From: an uncultured Methanosarcinales archaeon
GTDB taxonomy: Archaea; Nanobdellota; Nanobdellia; Woesearchaeales; JAGWAF01
Direction of reading: 5' to 3'
Length of the DNA stretch: 43,209 nt
Assembly (NCBI GenBank): GCA_964529655.1
Contig: CAZGZA010000003.1
Span: forward strand, 3,655 to 46,863
Shown here: in pieces, positions 34,006-42,410 of the stretch
Layout: every line of letters begins with the position of its first letter
Numbering within the stretch: position 1 is the stretch's first letter
The notes under the pieces: model-generated
The model's database searches: none
Told to the model about the DNA's origin: nothing
The model's input: only the letters and a program-made list of their open reading frames with translations
Made by a program: the position numbers and the translations under genes

Positions 34006-34773
34006 TTATATTCCGTATAATTTCTGCAATCCTGCAACATCCGGCTGTTCAAGGGTTCTTTTCTGCAGTTCGCCATAGCCCGCATAGCCGTACATTGTTA
34101 CAGACGCGCATGTTGTTGTGTAAATATCGTCTAATCCAACAGCGTGGCCTAGTTCATGCGTTGCAATATTCAGCAGGTCCATTGCATTGGGATTTAATAC
34201 AGCATCGCCCCAGCTGAATCTTGTATTGTAAAGCTGGTCAAATTCAACTATCCTTTTTCCTACTCTTGTAAACCAGACGCTTGTTACAGCAATAACATTA
34301 TTATCAGGATAGTCTCCAAAAGCAATTGCATTCTGGAAGTTTTGCACGCCGTATTGCGCATTATAGTCCAGGGTGTAAACATTGTTGAACAGTTCAGAGG
34401 ATGTTGCTGCATCCCATGTTTCTGCTGCAGCAGAGAATGCATTGGCAACAAAAGATTCAGAGAGCATTTGTGGGTTGGCTGGGTTTATTCTGTAGTCTAC
34501 CGGCAGTGTGCTCCACTTTACGCCCATCAGCTTGTAGCATGTTTGGCTTTTCTGTGCTGTTGCTGGTAATGGTGGCTTGGCATAATGGATAAAATCAACT
34601 CGCTCCAAATCCCAGTTTTCTCCTATTGCAGGAGATTTTTCAGGAGCTCCTGCGTTTTCTTTTGCCCTATCATTTTCGGGAATTATCATTGATGCCGCTA
34701 CTGAAAGAGAGGATAAGAGAAAGACTACAACTAAAACTAGAAAGCTTAATTTTTTGGATTTCATAATTATCAC
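34006..34773 (-). CDS. secreted metzincin-type zinc metalloprotease (matrixin/snapalysin-like)
   Basis: N-terminal signal/anchor KKLSFLVLVVVFLLSSLSVAAS, zinc motif HELGHAVGLDD (HExxHxxGxxD), and a downstream Met-turn candidate SVTMYGY. Confidence 0.75.
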   Translation of the reverse strand: MIIMKSKKLSFLVLVVVFLLSSLSVAASMIIPENDRAKENAGAPEKSPAIGENWDLERVDFIHYAKPPLPATAQKSQTCYKLMGVKWSTLPVDYRINPANPQMLSESFVANAFSAAAETWDAATSSELFNNVYTLDYNAQYGVQNFQNAIAFGDYPDNNVIAVTSVWFTRVGKRIVEFDQLYNTRFSWGDAVLNPNAMDLLNIATHELGHAVGLDDIYTTTCASVTMYGYAGYGELQKRTLEQPDVAGLQKLYGI

Positions 34774-34898
34774 CCTGGTTTATTTATGATTAAATTGTGA
34801 GAAGTGTTTTTAAATGTTTTCTTTTTTGACCAAAATTCTTAAGGACATTGAAAATGTTCTCTTCAACGCGTTCTTTGGTTATAAAATGTTTATTTCTA

Positions 34899-36248
34899 TT
34901 AAAAATATTCTAGTTGAGTTCTATATATATCTGATAGAAACATAATTGATGGTTTAATATCCCCATCCTTCGAGTTTCTTAGAACATAATAATATTTATG
35001 TTTTTCATCATTATAAATAATTAGTGGGAAAAAAGCATGCTTAATTAATATGAAATTTAAAAGTAACCTCGAAACTCTACCATTGCCATCAGAGAAAGGA
35101 TGGATATACACAAATTGATTATGGAAAATGCTTGCTAATGCAAATGGGTGAAGTTTCTTCTCATTTTCTGAATACCATTTTATAAGGTCTTTGAGCCTTT
35201 CATCTACAAATTGCACAGGCGTAGTCTTGTCCACAAGTATGCCATTAGAGTCTATAATACAGTTTTCCTCTGTTTTATAGCTTCCGGCATTCTCATCAAT
35301 TCCTTGCTGGGTTATCAAATGAAGCAGTTTAATGAACTCTAAAGTAAGTTCGTGGGCTGTATCAAATATATTTTCAACTGCTTTTTTTGAGTTTTCCGTT
35401 TCCAAAACATCTTTTTTTTCTTTTTTTATTGTTTCCCATCCTTTTGTAAGCCCGGTAGTCACTTCTTCAAAAGAGAGAGCGTTCCCTTCTATCTTATCTG
35501 TGTTGTAGACATATTTTATTTTCCATTCATTTATCTTTTTAGTTATTTCAAATGGATTAGTAAATCTCTTGAGCTTTTCTTTAGTCAAAATATCAAGAAA
35601 AGCAGTTTCGGTTGATTCAATATTCTTTAATTTGTTTAAGATAAAATCTTTCCCTTCAAGGTAGTATTGCATATTCAGCTTTGCTAATTCCTGCTGTTTG
35701 TCATCAATAAGATGTGCCTGTTTTCCGGTAAAAACGGAATACGCCTTAATAATATAATTTTTAAAAGCATCTTCATCAAATTTAAGTTGGATATCAAAAA
35801 AATTCAGTAATTTTTTTACCGGTTCTTCCCAAGAACGAATAAAATAAATATCGCTATTGCCCTCTCTTGTTATGTGGATAATTCTTGTTTTTCTGGCAAT
35901 ATCCCTAATCTTTTTTAAATTATGTTGCGGGAGTTGAAAAGTCTTCAGCACCGGGTTGGCGCTAAACCTTTCTAATATTCGCTGGGTGTGTATGCTGAAC
36001 AGTATATCTGCATCATTACCGAACAAATTTAACAAAAATTTTATGATTTTAACTTTTTCATTATTTTCGTTTAATTTGTATGTTCCTCTACCTTCTTTGA
36101 CCAAAAAATTTTGTTTCTCTAATTGTCTCAGGTAGGGATAAACCCCCTCCCGAAACTTTAAGTTTAGAAGCGCAGCTAGCTCATTTGGGCTTAATTCTGT
36201 TTTATTAGTCCCGCATATTTTTATTAATAATTGTATCTTTTTATTCAT
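34899..36248 (-). CDS. Fic-domain protein (AMPylase family) with N-terminal wHTH
   Basis: Fic motif HPFSDGNGRVSRLL. Upstream TDKIEGN fits the (S/T)xxxE(G/N) inhibitory motif. N-terminal LSPNELAALLNLKFREGVYPYLRQLEKQNFLVK is wHTH-like. The gene is very AT-rich. Confidence 0.85.
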   Translation of the reverse strand: MNKKIQLLIKICGTNKTELSPNELAALLNLKFREGVYPYLRQLEKQNFLVKEGRGTYKLNENNEKVKIIKFLLNLFGNDADILFSIHTQRILERFSANPVLKTFQLPQHNLKKIRDIARKTRIIHITREGNSDIYFIRSWEEPVKKLLNFFDIQLKFDEDAFKNYIIKAYSVFTGKQAHLIDDKQQELAKLNMQYYLEGKDFILNKLKNIESTETAFLDILTKEKLKRFTNPFEITKKINEWKIKYVYNTDKIEGNALSFEEVTTGLTKGWETIKKEKKDVLETENSKKAVENIFDTAHELTLEFIKLLHLITQQGIDENAGSYKTEENCIIDSNGILVDKTTPVQFVDERLKDLIKWYSENEKKLHPFALASIFHNQFVYIHPFSDGNGRVSRLLLNFILIKHAFFPLIIYNDEKHKYYYVLRNSKDGDIKPSIMFLSDIYRTQLEYF

Positions 36249-36304
36249 ATTTTAGTATCAAAAGTATTAGTTATTTATAAATCTTTCTATTATTTACTAA
36301 TATG

Positions 36305-36320
36305 CTAATAATATTATTAG
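36305..36320. promoter_or_regulatory. perfect 16-bp palindrome upstream of the Fic gene (candidate operator)
   Basis: ctaataatattattag lies 57-72 nt upstream of the Fic ATG (36248). A further half-site copy tactaata is at 36295-36302. Confidence 0.35.
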
Positions 36321-36374
36321 TAAGATAAAATAGATTTAATAGTTTAAATATCACAAAACTGGTTCACATACCCT

Positions 36375-37223
36375 CTAAAAGAATACCGGCGTAACATAAA
36401 CCTCAAGTAGTGCTGCAATAAAAATTATGAGTATAGAAAGCAGGATTAGGTCAGAAGCGTCAAGGATTACCCTTTCAAAGTCCCTTGTGCCAAAATCATG
36501 GCGTATCATGGCGACTGATATTAAGCCTCCGGCAAGGCCTGCAACAATATAAGCCATTATTTCAGGAATTCCATGGAGTGCATATCTTAAAACACTTAAA
36601 GAGACAATAAAAAAATACGAAGAAACCTGCCCTAAGCCAGCGGCGCCCGCGTATTCAGCGAGGCGCAGCCTGAAAAAGTTTCCCAGCGCAACACCAATAA
36701 CAGATGCATTCCACATGAGAATAAAGATTGCCCCTGTTCCAAAAATAAATGAGAACACAATGCAGAAAATAAGGACTTTGATATTGTTCAGAAATATCTT
36801 TCCAAGAAGGTCAAAATGTATTGCACTTCCAATTACTTTCTGATTTAAGGAGGATATTGTGTGGGCCTGGGTGCTGAACACTGCATTAGACATATTTGTC
36901 GGCAGGAAGATATACCAGACTGAATATGCAATGGCTGCGCCAACAAAGAGGCACAATAAAAAGAGCATCGCCTTGCTGTGCTCAAAAAGCAGTCTTCGTT
37001 CTTTTGTATATTCAATATATTTGCTCTCCTCATATTTTATTGTGTCATACATTAGAGGAATGCATGCCATTGTTGTCAGGAATATCATCACAAGGCTTGC
37101 ATGCTCTACAAAGACCAAAAGACTAAGGAAAAGCCCTATTGAAGCGTATAGGAACCCTATCAAAATCATTTCATAGGGTTTTTTCTCTGCTTTAAATGGG
37201 TTTATCAGCGCCTCAAGAACCAT
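36375..37223 (-). CDS. SpoIIM-like / DUF95 integral membrane protein
   Basis: About 6 TM segments. FLNNIKVLIFCIVFSFIFGTGAIFILMWNASVIG and HGIPEIMAYIVAGLAGG match the stage II sporulation protein M-like family pattern. Confidence 0.65.
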   Translation of the reverse strand: MVLEALINPFKAEKKPYEMILIGFLYASIGLFLSLLVFVEHASLVMIFLTTMACIPLMYDTIKYEESKYIEYTKERRLLFEHSKAMLFLLCLFVGAAIAYSVWYIFLPTNMSNAVFSTQAHTISSLNQKVIGSAIHFDLLGKIFLNNIKVLIFCIVFSFIFGTGAIFILMWNASVIGVALGNFFRLRLAEYAGAAGLGQVSSYFFIVSLSVLRYALHGIPEIMAYIVAGLAGGLISVAMIRHDFGTRDFERVILDASDLILLSILIIFIAALLEVYVTPVFF

Positions 37224-37320
37224 ACTAAAATAGGGTTAGTATAGATTTATAAAAGTTCCGACGTTGGAACAGCGGATACAACCGTTAACTATTTAAATTA
37301 AATTTATTTCTTATCCATTA

Positions 37321-37728
37321 ATGGAATACGCAGCAATGATAAAGCGGGTCCGGGAGAGGCTTCCCGAATCTGTTTTTGAAAAAGAAAGGTTTGAAATCCC
37401 GCTTGCTGTTGGCCACATAGAGGGGAATAAGACAATTATTGCAAACTTCAGGAAGATTGCAGAAACCCTACATAGGCCCGAGGACCATCTTCTCAAATTT
37501 ATACTAAGGGAGCTGGCTACGCCTGGCCAGATACGGCAAAATGAATTGATTCTTGGTACAAAGGTTTCATCCGTAAGGATTAATGAAAAAATAAAGGAGT
37601 ACGCCCATGAGTTTGTGCTCTGTTCCGAATGCGGCAAACCTGACACTAAGCTTGTTCGTGAAGGTGACCTTTTGAGTATGCGATGCTTTGCCTGTGGGCA
37701 TAAGCGTATCGTGAGGTCTAAAATTTAA
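37321..37728 (+). CDS. eif2b: translation initiation factor aIF2 beta subunit
   Basis: RFEIPLAVGHIEGNKTIIANF...HLLKFILRELATPG...YAHEFVLCSECGKPDTKLVREGDLLSMRCFACG (C4 zinc ribbon). Confidence 0.9.
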   Translation: MEYAAMIKRVRERLPESVFEKERFEIPLAVGHIEGNKTIIANFRKIAETLHRPEDHLLKFILRELATPGQIRQNELILGTKVSSVRINEKIKEYAHEFVLCSECGKPDTKLVREGDLLSMRCFACGHKRIVRSKI

Positions 37729-37729
37729 A

Positions 37730-37828
37730 ATGCCAAAAAAAAGTTTTTCGAGCAAAGCAAGAAAAACCAAATCTGAGCAGATACGAAGATTTGTGCTTCC
37801 ATCAATGCTTTGCCAAGCAAAGGACTGA
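37730..37828 (+). CDS. candidate 32-aa basic micro-ORF between aIF2-beta and DUF424
   Basis: My translation is MPKKSFSSKARKTKSEQIRRFVLPSMLCQAKD. The ATG is 2 nt after the aIF2-beta stop, and its own stop is 6 nt before the next ATG. It is absent from the track because of the length cutoff. Confidence 0.25.
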   Translation: MPKKSFSSKARKTKSEQIRRFVLPSMLCQAKD

Positions 37829-37834
37829 TTTAAA

Positions 37835-38134
37835 ATGATTGTTAAAATCCATCAAAAGGATGATAAAACACTTATTACAGTTTGTGATAAAGAGCTTATC
37901 GGCAAAGTGATTGAGGAGGGGGATGTCAAGCTTGATCTCGCATCCATCTTTTATCAGGGTGAAGAAAAAACAGAGGAGGAAACAGGTGACCTCCTTCGAA
38001 ATGCCGATTATATACATCTTGTCGGAAAAAAAGCAATAGCAATAGGCCTAAATGAGGGCATTATCGAGAGGGACAAAATTATTTATATTACAGGAATCCC
38101 CTATGCCCAGGCAGTTATAGAACAAAAAGAGTGA
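37835..38134 (+). CDS. DUF424-family protein
   Basis: MIVKIHQKDDKTLITVCDKELIGK...LVGKKAIAIGLNEGII resembles the small archaeal DUF424 family. Confidence 0.6.
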   Translation: MIVKIHQKDDKTLITVCDKELIGKVIEEGDVKLDLASIFYQGEEKTEEETGDLLRNADYIHLVGKKAIAIGLNEGIIERDKIIYITGIPYAQAVIEQKE

Positions 38135-38245
38135 TATGTTTTTAACGAGCAACAGAAACAAAACTAAGTCGGAAGCTAGATTATATTAGGGTATATTGCC
38201 TGATGCGAACAGAACTTTTGCGCCAGAACCGGATGCGCCGAAACA

Positions 38246-38872
38246 TTACAGCACCTTTAGTTTTCCAGGCGCGATTTCAAATATTTCACCCTCTTTAAGG
38301 AGCTTTTCTATAATCAGGTAGGCAGCCTTGCCTTTTTTTTCAAGAATTGTTTCATAGTCTGCACCATGCCCCCTGTCAATCTCTTTGATGAGGTTGTATA
38401 TTTGGGTTGTATCATCTTCTGGTTTAGGTTGCTCTTCCGGGGGTTGTTCAGGATGTTCTTGTTTTTGCACAGCCTCAAGCGGGCTTCGTCGCAGCTCCAG
38501 AAGGCGGTAGTCAATCCATTTTTTATCCTCAATTTTTCGGGCAATTTCAGGGATTAAATATATTTGACCGCTGAATTCACGCGGTCTTCCTATAATCATA
38601 ATAATATCCCCTATCTGTAGCTTTGAAAAGAGGTTTGCGCCATCAAAATTCCTTATGGAAATCCCGCCAGTACCATCATCAATATAGAGGGTTTCATAAT
38701 TCCCATTTTGGTTCGCTCCTGTAATAACCCCAAGGATATTGACGCGTGAAACTTTTTCAGTTCCTATTGCAATATAGTTGGGTTCCCAGCCATCCTGCTT
38801 AATGTATTTCCCTTTTGCTATTGTTGCTATCGAAACTTTACGGGCTGGCTGTCTTTTTATTGTGTTTTCCAT
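38246..38872 (-). CDS. RPA32/Stn1-like OB-fold protein with C-terminal winged helix
   Basis: OB block VSRVNILGVITGANQNGNYETLYIDDGTGGISIRNF...GDIIMIIGRPREF, a Pro/Glu linker, then a wH-like IYNLIKEIDRGHGADYETILEK...LLKEGEIFE. Starts 2 nt after the DP2 stop. Confidence 0.6.
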   Translation of the reverse strand: MENTIKRQPARKVSIATIAKGKYIKQDGWEPNYIAIGTEKVSRVNILGVITGANQNGNYETLYIDDGTGGISIRNFDGANLFSKLQIGDIIMIIGRPREFSGQIYLIPEIARKIEDKKWIDYRLLELRRSPLEAVQKQEHPEQPPEEQPKPEDDTTQIYNLIKEIDRGHGADYETILEKKGKAAYLIIEKLLKEGEIFEIAPGKLKVL

Positions 38873-38874
38873 AG

Positions 38875-41800
38875 CTAGCTAAACCATTGGGTTAATCCAG
38901 TTTGTTTTTCTTTTTCCCTTCCAAAAACGCTTTCTATTCGCATTTTTAATAAATCTATTGATTGCTTTAGATAGGGGGAAATATTATAATTTTGCGCCAG
39001 GCTTATTGTTGGCTCAAGGTATTTTACTACCGCGCCCTCGGAGACTGTGAATATTATCCTTCCTTTGCATTTCAGGCATCTCCCAATCAGCGGCGGCCTT
39101 CTGTATTTCTCATTGCAGTTGACGCATCTGAACTCCTGTGTGGAAAATTTTCTAAGATTGCCTTTTGTGTCTTTGATAAAATGTTTTTCTATGACAAGTT
39201 TGGCAACATCTGTTTTGTCAACAGCGCGCACTTTAGCGGCAATATCCATTTGGCCATCAAGTTTTTCCTTCATACTGGGCAGGGTTTTATACGCCGAGCA
39301 TTTTATAGTATCATTAATATCACTAACATCGTGGGTGAAACCCATGTTTTCGTACTGCAATGGAGTGTTCAGCCTTGCGCCAAGCCTCTCAATCTGGACT
39401 GAGTTAGCTGGCTTGTAGTCCAACGCTGCTTCGTAAAGCTCAAGAGGGTATTTCCACACAACATCCATATGGAAGACCATATCATCAACCTCAGCAGGAA
39501 CTAACCTCGATGTTAAAACCAACGGAGCATCCTGAGTAGAGCCCCTATGCGCCGGTAAAAAGTGGCGTGAAAAATTGACTAGAACATCTAATAGTAAGGT
39601 AACGCACGCTTCGTCCCCGTCGCAGTCTCTTCTCATTGCAGAGTGAAACATGGGATGGGCAAAAAAGCCCTGGGTTTTTGAAAATCCTATTACCCTACCA
39701 ACGATGCCGACCGAAGTGTGCGGTGCAAGGCACAAAACCAACGAACCGACTATATCCTCCTCTGTTTGGAAATTATAATATGAGTCAAGGCCATAAAAAT
39801 TCTGCAATAAATCATCAATAAAGTTTGCCGAGCGCAATAAAAATTTGTCCGCTCCCTCAAAGGGCGGGCTTAAGGAGGGCAGGATAATATCTTGGGGAAG
39901 CAACTCCAGAATTTGGTTTTCGTTTTCCAGCTCTTTTCCTGCAATATCCACATCATAGCCTAATGCCCTAAGCTTGGCTATAGGGACATTAGTCTCCTTA
40001 GGTTTAAAATGGGTAATTGGCAGCTGTGTTATGTCGTATCTGCATGTTCCGTCTTTATTGACATAAATATCATGCTTGGCTCTGAGTATACCTTTAGCCA
40101 GATGTTCAGGGATATGCTCCTTGTTGGAGGTGCCCTTGACACCCTTAATTAGGTCTGGATAGACCTTCATGTTAAGCTTGGCAAGTGCTTTATTAAAGTA
40201 GTGGGCTATATCCAGTTTAAGCAGTTTGCTTTCAGAAGCTTTTCCATGCAGTTTGCACTCGTTCGTGTCGATTAATCCGCATTTCTTGCAGACATATTTT
40301 CTTTTCGTCGGCTTGTTACAGTTTTCGCAGACAGGGAAAATTGTTTCTTTTTTGCATTCAGGGCACTGGAAAACCGCAAAATTTGAGGTAACACCCCCTG
40401 CCTCAAGGGCGCTTTTGACGCATCTTAATCTTCCTCCCTCTGTTCCGACCGGAAATAGGCCGTGCGGAGAGCCTGTAAGGGCCCGCATTTTCGCTTTTTC
40501 AGGCCTACCCATTCGTGCTCCAATGAATGTGCCAGACTTATCCCTTATCTTCAACTGGGAAACACTATTAATAATATCGACTGTTGTGCCACTCGCCTGC
40601 TTAATTTTATTTATAAAATCTGTTATACTGGAACGTTCAAACATTTCCTGCAGGATTTGCGCGTGGTTTTTTTCAACAACAAGAAACTCGTTGTTGGAAA
40701 CAATGTGCGGCAGGCCAATAATCTCAAGGAGGCGTTTTCTTTCCGGGTCTTTTTGCAGGACAATCTTTTGGAGAATATTATCCTCAAAAAGGTAGTTTGC
40801 CTTTAAGAGCCAGTCAAGCAGTGCTGCAAGCTGGTCTTTGTTGAGAGCATTCCAATAATAGGTATAGGATGGGTGCAGTGGCGTTGCGGTTTTCTGGCTG
40901 ATTTGTATTGCTGTTTGAGCGCTTATTTTTGTTGTAAGAGGCGTATTGAATAGTGCCTCTGTTTTTTCTTTAGGGAGGCCAATTACCTCGGAGATCCTTC
41001 CGATATCCAATGTTCCGTATAGGCCGATAAAATTTTTTTCAAGCTCCTGTATCCACCACTCAGGGCAGTATCCTGCAGGTACGAGCGGATGTCCGCGATT
41101 AAAAAAATCGCCATAGTTGATTAGTATATCACCAAGGTAAAGAATTTCTTTTATATGTGTCTTATGAGTTTTAGCCTCTTCTATTGAATTCAGTTGAAGC
41201 ACGCTTTCATCATTTAGTTTTACTATAGGGCCGTCTATTAGCCCGCATGTTGTTAATGAAGTCGCCTTTCCAGGCCTCTCAAGCTTTAGCTGGGTCCCGG
41301 TTGCCAGATACTCATTGAGGACAGCCATTGTCGCCGGGTTTATTGCAGTTGATGAAAATCCAGAAGTTCTTGCTCGGCCATATCTTAGCCTTAACCCGCC
41401 CTCACGCAATGGATGTGAAATAACCGGCCTGCCTGCCACAATATCTTTTATATATGTGAAATCAGGGGAAATCTTTTTTTCTCCTGGCATCTTTTGCCCG
41501 TGTGATTTTATCTTTTTCTGAAGGTCGACAAACTCTCCCAGGAATTTCCAGTCTTCAAGCCCGAACTCCTCGCCCCACTTTGTAAGCTGGACAAGCAGTT
41601 TTTGCGCCTTCTGCGCCAGGCACTCTCCAATAACCAGGCAGACACCGTTTCTTAAAAAATTGGTTTCAACTCTTGGAAGGTCTTTATAGTTTGAAACTTC
41701 GTATTTTTCAGACGGGTCGCCATCAATCTGGACAGGAAGATGTCTGGTGAGAAACTCAATTTCCTCCCTGCTTGGAAGATATTGCAGGTTTGTTATTTTT

Positions 41801-42408
41801 TCATGAAAATCATAGAGCTCTGCCGTCATTCTTTTAATTTCATTTTCAGTTGGATCATAAGTTGAATATCCCATCTCTTTGCGTATGTAATCTGCGATGA
41901 TAACAGAAACCGCTGCAGCGGTTCCTCCAGCGCTTCTGACAGGGCCGGAGTATCTAAGGGCAAAATATTCCCCGCCATCCATTCTTTTTTTCAGCGTTAG
42001 CTCCACAAAACCTTCAAGGGGTGATGAAACTGTCCCTGTTGTAACATAAGCAAAGCCCGCTCTTATCCCAACCTCCATCGCCTCTTTTTTGTTTTTGAAT
42101 TTGCAAAATTTTTCCTTGGCAATTTCAAGGGCGATTGTCAGTGCTATCCTCCAGTCAAGGCTGTTGTATTTTTTTTCCAGCTCTTTTATTCTTTGGGCTA
42201 CGCCGGAACCAATAATTTGCGGTGCTACTACAGATATAAGGCCCTCCACTTTTTCAGACAGGTCTCTTGCAAGCAGCACCTCAACATGTTTTTCAGGGTC
42301 AAACCCTTTTTTTCTAGCGCCGCCCGCAACCGTATATTCCTCTCTTATTTTTTTCTCTATAAACAGCATGTATCTTTCTATTTTTTTGCTACAGGTTGCC
42401 TCAGCCAT
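38875..42408 (-). CDS. DNA polymerase D (Pol II) large subunit DP2
   Basis: N-terminal ARKKGFDPEKHVEVLLARDLSEKVEGL, Zn modules CPECKKETIFPVCENC / CKKCG and CVNCNEKYRRPPLIGRCLKCKG, and the catalytic region RRDCDGDEA. The ATG at 42408 (MAEATCSKK) is preferred because it lies 2 nt after the DP1 stop. Confidence 0.9.
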   Translation of the reverse strand: MAEATCSKKIERYMLFIEKKIREEYTVAGGARKKGFDPEKHVEVLLARDLSEKVEGLISVVAPQIIGSGVAQRIKELEKKYNSLDWRIALTIALEIAKEKFCKFKNKKEAMEVGIRAGFAYVTTGTVSSPLEGFVELTLKKRMDGGEYFALRYSGPVRSAGGTAAAVSVIIADYIRKEMGYSTYDPTENEIKRMTAELYDFHEKITNLQYLPSREEIEFLTRHLPVQIDGDPSEKYEVSNYKDLPRVETNFLRNGVCLVIGECLAQKAQKLLVQLTKWGEEFGLEDWKFLGEFVDLQKKIKSHGQKMPGEKKISPDFTYIKDIVAGRPVISHPLREGGLRLRYGRARTSGFSSTAINPATMAVLNEYLATGTQLKLERPGKATSLTTCGLIDGPIVKLNDESVLQLNSIEEAKTHKTHIKEILYLGDILINYGDFFNRGHPLVPAGYCPEWWIQELEKNFIGLYGTLDIGRISEVIGLPKEKTEALFNTPLTTKISAQTAIQISQKTATPLHPSYTYYWNALNKDQLAALLDWLLKANYLFEDNILQKIVLQKDPERKRLLEIIGLPHIVSNNEFLVVEKNHAQILQEMFERSSITDFINKIKQASGTTVDIINSVSQLKIRDKSGTFIGARMGRPEKAKMRALTGSPHGLFPVGTEGGRLRCVKSALEAGGVTSNFAVFQCPECKKETIFPVCENCNKPTKRKYVCKKCGLIDTNECKLHGKASESKLLKLDIAHYFNKALAKLNMKVYPDLIKGVKGTSNKEHIPEHLAKGILRAKHDIYVNKDGTCRYDITQLPITHFKPKETNVPIAKLRALGYDVDIAGKELENENQILELLPQDIILPSLSPPFEGADKFLLRSANFIDDLLQNFYGLDSYYNFQTEEDIVGSLVLCLAPHTSVGIVGRVIGFSKTQGFFAHPMFHSAMRRDCDGDEACVTLLLDVLVNFSRHFLPAHRGSTQDAPLVLTSRLVPAEVDDMVFHMDVVWKYPLELYEAALDYKPANSVQIERLGARLNTPLQYENMGFTHDVSDINDTIKCSAYKTLPSMKEKLDGQMDIAAKVRAVDKTDVAKLVIEKHFIKDTKGNLRKFSTQEFRCVNCNEKYRRPPLIGRCLKCKGRIIFTVSEGAVVKYLEPTISLAQNYNISPYLKQSIDLLKMRIESVFGREKEKQTGLTQWFS

Positions 42409-42410
42409 AT

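Noticed and set aside
40226-40806. 189-aa and 114-aa plus-strand ORFs inside the DP2 gene
   Set aside because: They are antisense to a strongly supported DP2 coding region, overlap each other in different frames, and have no motifs.
29800-42408. Inteins in MCM or PolD DP2
   Set aside because: Both proteins read collinearly through the Walker and catalytic regions at normal lengths (672 and 1177 aa). I saw no Cys/Ser...His-Asn splice-junction blocks.
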